From Geobacter metallireducens GS-15 (GTDB lineage: Bacteria; Desulfobacterota; Desulfuromonadia; Geobacterales; Geobacteraceae), in NCBI RefSeq assembly GCF_000012925.1, contig NC_007517.1, positions 2,460,001 through 2,492,000 of the forward strand: 32,000 nt of DNA, written 5' to 3'. Below are positions 25,637 to 32,000 of the stretch, piece after piece. The notes below the pieces were generated by a model that saw nothing but the letters and a program-made list of their open reading frames with translations, did no database searches and had not been told where the DNA came from. Every line of letters begins with the position of its first letter. Position 1 is the first letter of the stretch. The translations under genes were made by a program, and so were the position numbers.

Positions 25637-26773
25637 TTAGAGTCCCATCAACTGCGCTACGATTTCCCGATGGTAGGTCGCATCTCCGAGTGCCTGCTCC
25701 GCGGCCTTTGCACGACGGAAATAGATCTGCAAATCGCTCTCGTCAATAAAGCCGACGCCACCCATCACCTGATGCCCCAATGCGGTCAATTTCCGATAGG
25801 AGTCGCTCACCCACGCCTTGCACATGGCAGCTTCCTTTTCATAGGAAAGCCCCTGACCGATGCGCTTACTGGCATAAAAGGTCAGAAGCGCTGAACTGTC
25901 CAGACAGGTGAGCATATTGGCACAATGGTGCTGGATCGCCTGGAAGCTCCCGATGGGTTGACCGAACTGCTTGCGCGTCTTGGCATACTCCACGACCATC
26001 TCCAGGACCTTCCGTGCTCCGCCTACCATCTCCGCACACTTTGCAACCGAGGCTACCCGTAGCACACCTTGCAGCAGCTGCCACCCTTCCCCCGCTTCAC
26101 CTAGTAGGGAATCTCCCGACACCAGAACATTATTGAAGACAACGTCACACTGTTTGTCCCTGGCAATGGTATTGAGAACCTCTATCGACACTCCCTGAGA
26201 TCTTCTGTCGACAAGAAAGAGGCTTATTCCCTCTTCACCATTTTTACCGCCGTCGCCTGTCCTGGCAGCGCAGATGATCGTATCAGCTACATGGGCAAAG
26301 GGGACAAAGCGCTTGCATCCATTCAACAGAAAACCATCAGCCACTTTTTTCGCAGTAGTCGCAATCTCGCACGCTGACGGTCCGTCGCCGGTCTCCTCCA
26401 GCGCCAGTGTCATCAACCGCTTCCCCAGGGAGACTTCCTCCAGGACCGACCGTTTCTGTTCAGGGGTACCTGCTGTCAGGATGGTGAGCGCGCCCAAAAC
26501 CACCGTGGAGAAAAAGGGGCCGGCATACCCGGCGTAGCCCATTTCCTCCAAGATCAGGGAGAGTTCAAAGAATGTTGCTTCGAACCCTCCGAATTCCTCG
26601 GGGATTATCGTTCCCATCCAGCCAAATTCCGCTATGCTCTCCCACAGTTTGCGACTGTACCCCTGTTCATCTTCTTCAACTTCGCGAACAAGCGAACTCT
26701 TCAACTCCTCCGTAAAAAAGGACCGAGCGGTATCTTTAAGTATCTTCTGTTCATCATTCAAACTGTAGTTCAT
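25637..26773 (-). CDS. Acyl-CoA dehydrogenase family protein, apparently lacking a catalytic Glu at either canonical position
   Basis: 378-aa ORF with the ACAD fold throughout. The C-terminus reads AAEQALGDATYHREIVAQ where MCAD-type enzymes have IYEGTxEIQR. The helix-G region GVLRVASVAKCAEMVGG has no Glu where IVD/LCAD-type enzymes do. Confidence 0.85.
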   Translation of the reverse strand: MNYSLNDEQKILKDTARSFFTEELKSSLVREVEEDEQGYSRKLWESIAEFGWMGTIIPEEFGGFEATFFELSLILEEMGYAGYAGPFFSTVVLGALTILTAGTPEQKRSVLEEVSLGKRLMTLALEETGDGPSACEIATTAKKVADGFLLNGCKRFVPFAHVADTIICAARTGDGGKNGEEGISLFLVDRRSQGVSIEVLNTIARDKQCDVVFNNVLVSGDSLLGEAGEGWQLLQGVLRVASVAKCAEMVGGARKVLEMVVEYAKTRKQFGQPIGSFQAIQHHCANMLTCLDSSALLTFYASKRIGQGLSYEKEAAMCKAWVSDSYRKLTALGHQVMGGVGFIDESDLQIYFRRAKAAEQALGDATYHREIVAQLMGL

Positions 26774-26784
26774 TCCTCGCCCCC

Positions 26785-27951
26785 CTATGCTCTCGGCAAC
26801 CCTAAACCGCGTTGTGCCATGATATTCCGCTGGATTTCGGCGGTCCCCCCGTAAATGGTCTCAATAACAGTCCAGCGGTAGAGCCATTCAGGCAAACCGT
26901 CCAGAATAGCTCCATTTGCACCCTCCCTCAGTTGGCCTCTTGCCCCCAGTATCTCAAGCGCTGTATTGGCCAGCCGCTGTTCGAAATCGGTCAGGAAGTT
27001 CTTCTCCATGGATGCCTGGTAATTGGGTATCTTGCCGTTGTCCAGCATGTGGGCAAGCTGGAAGTAAAGGTGATGGATTATCTCCAGTTCAATCTCCAAC
27101 TGGGCAAGTTTCTGCCGAACCAGTGGGTCCTTGGTGAGCGGCATGCCGTTGCGCGTAACCGTTTTGAGATAGGCCACCAGATCCTCATAAAACTTTTTGT
27201 AGTGACCGAACGGAAACATCCGTTCAAAATCGAGCGCCGCCATGATGTACTTGAAACCGCTGTTGATTTCACCAACAAGGTTCGCACGGGGGACAACCAC
27301 GTCGTCGTAAAAGACCTCGTTGGTCCTGGTTCCAGCCATGGTGATCATGGGGCGTATGGTTATCCCCGGACTTTTGAGATCCACAATGAGAATCGATATC
27401 CCTTTGTGTTTGGGCCCTTCAAGATTGGTCCTTACCGCCAGCCAATGATAATCGGCAACATGGGCATGGGTGTTGAATGTCTTCTGCCCGTTAACAATCA
27501 GGTGATCACCCTTGTCCGCCGCTCGCATCTCAAGGCCCATGAGGTCCGAACCTGCTGCAGGCTCGGAATAGCCGAGGGCAAACTCGATTTCACCACTCGC
27601 GAGTCGGAGAAGATAATTTTTTTTCAGGTCGTCGTTCCCGTATCTGAGGATGCTCGGCCCGGCCATGTGCGCACCAGCAAAATGTATCGGCACCCGTGCA
27701 TATGCCATTTCATTCCGGATGGCATACATGAGCATTTCAGACGAGTTGAGCCCACCGTATTCTTCCGGCCAGCAGGGGGTCAACCAACCATTGGCGGCAA
27801 ATTTCCGGACGAATTTCCGGCCTTCTTCGCCACCATAGATATACTCAAGATGGTGCGACTCGGCGAGCAGTTCAGGAGTGACTTCGCTCTTGAGAAAACG
27901 GCGCACCTCCTCCAAAATTGCACTCTCCCTGCTGTTCAATTCTATTTCCAT
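26785..27951 (-). CDS. Acyl-CoA dehydrogenase, IVD/LCAD-type catalytic-base arrangement
   Basis: 388-aa ORF. ALDFERMF has Glu in the IVD/LCAD helix-G position. The C-terminal IYGGTAEIQRNIMAQRGLGLPR has Gly at the MCAD Glu position. Confidence 0.9.
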   Translation of the reverse strand: MEIELNSRESAILEEVRRFLKSEVTPELLAESHHLEYIYGGEEGRKFVRKFAANGWLTPCWPEEYGGLNSSEMLMYAIRNEMAYARVPIHFAGAHMAGPSILRYGNDDLKKNYLLRLASGEIEFALGYSEPAAGSDLMGLEMRAADKGDHLIVNGQKTFNTHAHVADYHWLAVRTNLEGPKHKGISILIVDLKSPGITIRPMITMAGTRTNEVFYDDVVVPRANLVGEINSGFKYIMAALDFERMFPFGHYKKFYEDLVAYLKTVTRNGMPLTKDPLVRQKLAQLEIELEIIHHLYFQLAHMLDNGKIPNYQASMEKNFLTDFEQRLANTALEILGARGQLREGANGAILDGLPEWLYRWTVIETIYGGTAEIQRNIMAQRGLGLPRA

Positions 27952-28002
27952 TGGTTTCCTCCTGAATGAATTACCAGGACGGTAAATACATCAGCTCTAT
28001 AC

Positions 28003-28050
28003 CGAACGTTCGATTACTATCTATATAGTACATGTCATTTGTCCCGTCAA
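28003..28050 (-). promoter_or_regulatory. Sigma70-like promoter with a downstream 10-bp perfect palindrome (candidate operator) ahead of the ACAD genes
   Basis: The minus strand reads TTGACG (28050-28045), a 17-nt spacer, then TATATA (28027-22). CGAACGTTCG lies at 28012-28003, between the -10 and the RBS (AGGAGGAAACCA ATG 27951). Confidence 0.4.
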
Positions 28051-28067
28051 GAGAAAAAAACAAGAAA

Positions 28068-28961
28068 TCATTTTAATCCCACCAGATGCATAAGTATCTG
28101 CCGTTGGGCTTCCACGAAGGTTTCGGGGGGAACGATACCACCGATATTTTCATCGGCACAGTACTCGGCAAGCTCTCTGGCAGCATCATCCAGATTGCCG
28201 GTACGCCGGTATACGGAGATCATCAGGTTCCGCCGCGCCGTGGCCGCCGCGAGTGATGCCGTCACAAAGCCGGCGGCCTCGTCACCCGTCACATAACCGC
28301 AATGGTCCGCACAGTAGTAAGCAATCGGAAGTTCCTTCAACCGGCAAAGACTCTCTTCGAATATTCCGTAATTGGACGTACCGTAAGTTACGATCTTTTC
28401 CCCGCTGGGGACGCCGCCGGCATCGGAAGGAAAGAGCGCCTCAAGGCGAGGAACATAGGCGGATACGGAACATGGTGAATGCCCCGGGGTGTCGAATATT
28501 TGTACCTCAAGGCCACCTAGATCGATCATGTCACCGTTGGCAACGGCAATACCGGGGTACCCTTCCCGCCACTCCAGATCACAGGAAGCAGTGGATTCGC
28601 TCAAACCGGAGGATTCAATAACGTAACGGCTGGCAGCATTGATGGCATGGAGAGCCTTGGGTTTTTGGAGAACTTCCAGGGAACGGCATGATCCGTAGAG
28701 TACCATGCCCGGCTTGCGCCGCAAAAAGAAGGGAACAATGCCAACGTGGTCGAAGTGGGAATGAAGGATGAGGAGCTTGTCGATTTTCGTATCATCAATA
28801 CGGAAGGCCCGGAACTGTTCTAGAATATCCGGAACGATACAGCTTATCCCTCCGTTGATCAGCATGGAACTCTCCGCTCCCTCAAGGAGGTAAACGCACG
28901 ACGTTTCACTCCCCAAAAACCATAAACCTTCGGCGATCCTCCCCGGTTTTCGCACTCTCAT
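28068..28961 (-). CDS. MBL-fold metallo-hydrolase
   Basis: 297-aa ORF with LILHSHFDHVG (HxHxDH). Its ATG overlaps the upstream stop as ATGA (28961-28958). Confidence 0.85.
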   Translation of the reverse strand: MRVRKPGRIAEGLWFLGSETSCVYLLEGAESSMLINGGISCIVPDILEQFRAFRIDDTKIDKLLILHSHFDHVGIVPFFLRRKPGMVLYGSCRSLEVLQKPKALHAINAASRYVIESSGLSESTASCDLEWREGYPGIAVANGDMIDLGGLEVQIFDTPGHSPCSVSAYVPRLEALFPSDAGGVPSGEKIVTYGTSNYGIFEESLCRLKELPIAYYCADHCGYVTGDEAAGFVTASLAAATARRNLMISVYRRTGNLDDAARELAEYCADENIGGIVPPETFVEAQRQILMHLVGLK

Positions 28962-30742
28962 AGGGCATCCTCTTCAGATCCTTGGTTTAGAATCGGGGGA
29001 AGAAAGCAGTGCTTCCTCACATCATAAATCCCCCAAGGCGTCATCCGGAAAAACGGAACTCCAACGTAGGTAAGGAAGTGCTGGGTAAGAAAGGCATTTT
29101 CCAGATTGCTCCCATTGTTGCGCGCCCATTGATTTACCGCATCGATTCCAGCTCCGACATCGGCAGCAGACGCCTTGGTCATAAATCCGCCAAGGGGGAG
29201 CGGCAGTTGAGCCTCGATCCTGCCATCCTGGACCGTTACCACTCCACCACCCAGCTCAATCATACGATTGTAGGCAATGGCCATATCATCATCACTGGTG
29301 CCGATGACCAGGGTGTGATAGGGCTCCGACGCGAGTGAATTGCTCATGGCACCCAGACAGCCCCCCACTCCCACGAGAAAGCCTATGGAAAAGCCGCCTT
29401 CAGGATGAGGCATGGCCATCTTCATCACCCGGCCCTCTTCGCCGGCGCAGGAAACGACCCCGTCTTTAACCGGCAGATGCAGATCAATACGCCGGGTAAC
29501 CGTACGGTCCATGATCTCGATGGCAGGCACCAATACATCGCCGGTACCGGCGGAAGCGACCCTGAAATCGGCTGGCGAGGCGTGCAGCACGGAAGGACGA
29601 TACGCCGGCAGTTCCAGCTCATCCAGCCCATGCCAGTCGGGAGTGGGCACTCCGTTGCGTGCGACAACCGCCCCTTGCGCCATAACCCATTTGGGACGCG
29701 GTTCCCGCAGATCATTGAGACAGAGGATGTCAGCATAACGGCCGGGGGCAATAGATCCGATCTGCCCTTCGATCCGGAAATAGCGGGCAGGGTTCAGAGA
29801 CGCCATACGATAGGCATCCAGCGGCGGGATCCCCGCTTCCATGGCAGCAGAGAGGGGATGATCCATATGGCCGAAAGCAGCAAGGTCATTCGGGGGAACC
29901 CAGTCCGGGGTCAGCATGAGGCGGGACCTGTCCACTCCCTCCTTCATGACCAGCGAGGCAAGTTCGGGCAGATCGTAACGGGCTGGTCCGTGACGTAGCA
30001 CTACATAGAGACCGGCACGCAGCCGATTAAGCGCTTCGGCAGACGTCAGCGCTTCGTGACAATCGGTAAGTCCCGCCGCAGCGATCACCTGGAGGTGATC
30101 CGCCCTCGCGCCGGGATTGTGTCCTTCGCAGCACTTTCCATGACGCCGCGCAATGTCGAGCCGGGCAATCAGGCGCTGGTCACCCGCCAGCAAACGCCTC
30201 CAGGGAAGAAATTCGGAGGTACCCAGAACCGTTTCATCGGCAAGAAGGACATCCAGTTCAGCGTCAGTCAATCCCAGCCCTGCAAAGTATCCTGCTTCTT
30301 CCAGTTCGGGTGCCCAACCGGATATGGGGACCGTCCAGCCGAAATGCAAAGGCAGGCTTGTCGCTGCGGCACGCAGACAGGCCAGACCTGGAGCACCGAA
30401 ACGGGCCACGACTGCCAGGGTGTCGTTGACCACCATAGTCGTTCCAAGCGGCAACAACGCTTCCGCTAAACGACGGGGGGAGAGGATATTGTCGAAATGG
30501 GCATGGGGATCCACATAACCAGGAACGAGTATCCCCCCTTCCGCATCCAGAAACTGCGTCTCAGGCCCGATCATCCCCCGTGACGGTCCCACATATGCCA
30601 CACGGCCACTGGCGACAGCCACACCAACCCCGGACAGAATCTCGCCCGAATGGACGTTGAGTACCCGGCCGTTCTCGATATAGAGATCGGCGGAGCGCCG
30701 ACCGCACGCCACCGCCATCAGGTCTGTACGCATCTGCAGCAC
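28958..30742 (-). CDS. Amidohydrolase of the adenine deaminase family (amidohydrolase barrel plus Adenine_deam_C-like domain)
   Basis: 594-aa ORF with a GTG start at 30742, 6 nt after AAGGA. It has LVPGYVDPHAHFD (HxH metal motif). The C-terminal GFLVGVGGCLGAMSNSLASEPYHTLVIGTSDDDMAIAYNRMIELGGGVVTVQDG resembles the adenine deaminase C-domain. The substrate is not inferable. Confidence 0.8.
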   Translation of the reverse strand: MLQMRTDLMAVACGRRSADLYIENGRVLNVHSGEILSGVGVAVASGRVAYVGPSRGMIGPETQFLDAEGGILVPGYVDPHAHFDNILSPRRLAEALLPLGTTMVVNDTLAVVARFGAPGLACLRAAATSLPLHFGWTVPISGWAPELEEAGYFAGLGLTDAELDVLLADETVLGTSEFLPWRRLLAGDQRLIARLDIARRHGKCCEGHNPGARADHLQVIAAAGLTDCHEALTSAEALNRLRAGLYVVLRHGPARYDLPELASLVMKEGVDRSRLMLTPDWVPPNDLAAFGHMDHPLSAAMEAGIPPLDAYRMASLNPARYFRIEGQIGSIAPGRYADILCLNDLREPRPKWVMAQGAVVARNGVPTPDWHGLDELELPAYRPSVLHASPADFRVASAGTGDVLVPAIEIMDRTVTRRIDLHLPVKDGVVSCAGEEGRVMKMAMPHPEGGFSIGFLVGVGGCLGAMSNSLASEPYHTLVIGTSDDDMAIAYNRMIELGGGVVTVQDGRIEAQLPLPLGGFMTKASAADVGAGIDAVNQWARNNGSNLENAFLTQHFLTYVGVPFFRMTPWGIYDVRKHCFLPPILNQGSEEDAL

Positions 30743-30778
30743 GGTATTTCCTTTACGGGGTAACAGGGCTACCCCGCC

Positions 30779-32000
30779 CTAGATCTCTCGTCCGATCCTG
30801 CCGCCGTCATGAATGGCATGGAGGAGGTTGAGCGGCTCGGAGCAATCACCGGCTGCAAAGAGCTCCGGTATCTGCCGGCGCAGCGCCTCTACCGCTTCAC
30901 TGTCATTCGTGAAACCGAGCATCGGTACGACGGTAGCGGCAGGGATCGTCATCCTGTTTCCACCGGCATCACGGATGACCAGACCACGCTCCGTCACTTC
31001 CTCAAATCCGGCAATACCCCTGACAATGGTCACACGCTGTTGTGACAGCCTGTTCATCAGCTTGAATCTGAGGGTGGAGACCATATCCGCAGCCAATTCT
31101 TCATCCTGCGTCACGATGGCCACTTCCCGGCCATGTTCAGCCAGCATATCCGCAAGTTGGCAGGCCATCATCCCCCCCCCCATGATGGCAACACTCTTGC
31201 CGAACATGACGGGAATGCCGAGTCCCGCCAGCCGCTTGCGCAGGGAGAGCGACAGGGGTCTGTCGAGAAAACTCCCGCCAAACCGGATGAGTTGGCCGCG
31301 CCAACCGGTCCGGATCGTCCCGGCGCCAGGGCCGGAAATACCGGACATCATGAGGCGAATGGCACCACTGCTGACGACATTCTCCCTGTTTATACCCGGA
31401 ATGTCAGGTTTGATCGGTTTCGCTCCTATGGCGACAACAACGACATCCGTCCCATCGATACCCAAATGCCCAGGCCCGGCCGGCTGCCCGAGCATGAGGC
31501 GAACCCCTTCATTTGAGACCTGGGCGGTTTGACACGCCGTCAGTTTTTCCACTTCCGCCTTTGAGGGAACCATGGCCTGTAACAGCATGGCGCCGCCCAA
31601 CTGTCTGCTCCTTTCCTGCAACGTCACATCATGCCCCCGCATGGCTGCAATCCGGGCAGCTTCCATACCTGCCGGCCCCCCCCCCACCACAAGAACCCGC
31701 CTTTTCCTTTCAGCGGGCCTGATCCTCCTTTCGTCTTCCCGGCCGGCAGCATAGTTGACCGTACACTCCACACCCTCCCCCGCGGTTGCCCGCTCATAAC
31801 ACTCATGGCAGTCAATGCACGGCACGATCTCGGCGATACGTCCTTCGGCTGCTTTCAGCGGCCAGTGGGGATCGGCGAATAGCTGGCGACCGATGGCAAC
31901 CAGGTCAACCTTTCCCTGGGCCAGAATGGATTCGGCAACGTCAGGGGTCTTGATCCTCCCGACCCCGATAACCGGGATGCCGACAGCCCGTTTAACCGCC
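30779..32000 (-). CDS. Second FadH/enoate-reductase-family flavoprotein, 5' end outside the window
   Basis: The track starts the ORF at a GTG (31825). The same frame stays open to 32000 and reads AVKRAVGIPVIGVGRIKTPDVAESILAQGKVDLVAIGRQLFADPHWPLKAAEGRIAEIVPCIDCHEC, the end of the OYE barrel. Cys cluster CIDCHEC-x11-C, VLVVGGGPAGMEAA and VAIMGGGMMACQLA follow. Confidence 0.85.
   Translation of the reverse strand, partial: AVKRAVGIPVIGVGRIKTPDVAESILAQGKVDLVAIGRQLFADPHWPLKAAEGRIAEIVPCIDCHECYERATAGEGVECTVNYAAGREDERRIRPAERKRRVLVVGGGPAGMEAARIAAMRGHDVTLQERSRQLGGAMLLQAMVPSKAEVEKLTACQTAQVSNEGVRLMLGQPAGPGHLGIDGTDVVVVAIGAKPIKPDIPGINRENVVSSGAIRLMMSGISGPGAGTIRTGWRGQLIRFGGSFLDRPLSLSLRKRLAGLGIPVMFGKSVAIMGGGMMACQLADMLAEHGREVAIVTQDEELAADMVSTLRFKLMNRLSQQRVTIVRGIAGFEEVTERGLVIRDAGGNRMTIPAATVVPMLGFTNDSEAVEALRRQIPELFAAGDCSEPLNLLHAIHDGGRIGREI

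Overview
This 32-kb window carries about 27 genes, and all but three are on the minus strand. The taxon is a guess from composition, gene content and a c-type cytochrome: a Desulfuromonadales/Geobacter-like deltaproteobacterium. I recognised no rRNA, tRNA, CRISPR array, transposase or integrase. The window splits into three blocks.

(A) 1-13.6 kb is an extracellular-polysaccharide locus. It reads, in transcription order: lipoprotein cytochrome, multi-SLBB Wza-like exporter, Wzz-type co-polymerase, an 83-codon stub of a flippase, then a lower-GC cassette. The cassette holds an intact Wzx flippase, a methyltransferase, a GT2 and an 883-aa FG-GAP/DUF2341/hydrolase-like secreted protein. High-GC methyltransferase and GT2 genes follow. 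The stub and the abrupt GC switch at about 7200 indicate a cassette replacement.

(B) 13.8-19.8 kb is a mixed region. It holds a REC-first histidine kinase, a CFA-synthase-family gene and two apparently decayed genes (an internally deleted ynfA and a frameshifted CsoR-family repressor). It also holds a DUF1232 gene and a candidate Fur-box > hemP > Alginate_exp outer-membrane barrel that has an SLH-like N-terminus.

(C) 19.9-32 kb is a co-directional acyl-CoA catabolic cluster:
- two FMN/FAD/[4Fe-4S] old-yellow-enzyme/FadH-type reductases
- an adenine-deaminase-family amidohydrolase translationally coupled to an MBL hydrolase
- an ACAD pair that looks like an alpha/beta heteromer
- a thiolase, two atypical crotonases and an SDR

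The enzyme set resembles beta-oxidation-like ring degradation of an alicyclic or bulky acyl-CoA, but the substrate cannot be read from the sequence.

All domain calls are by-eye motif recognition on the supplied translations. No searches were run.
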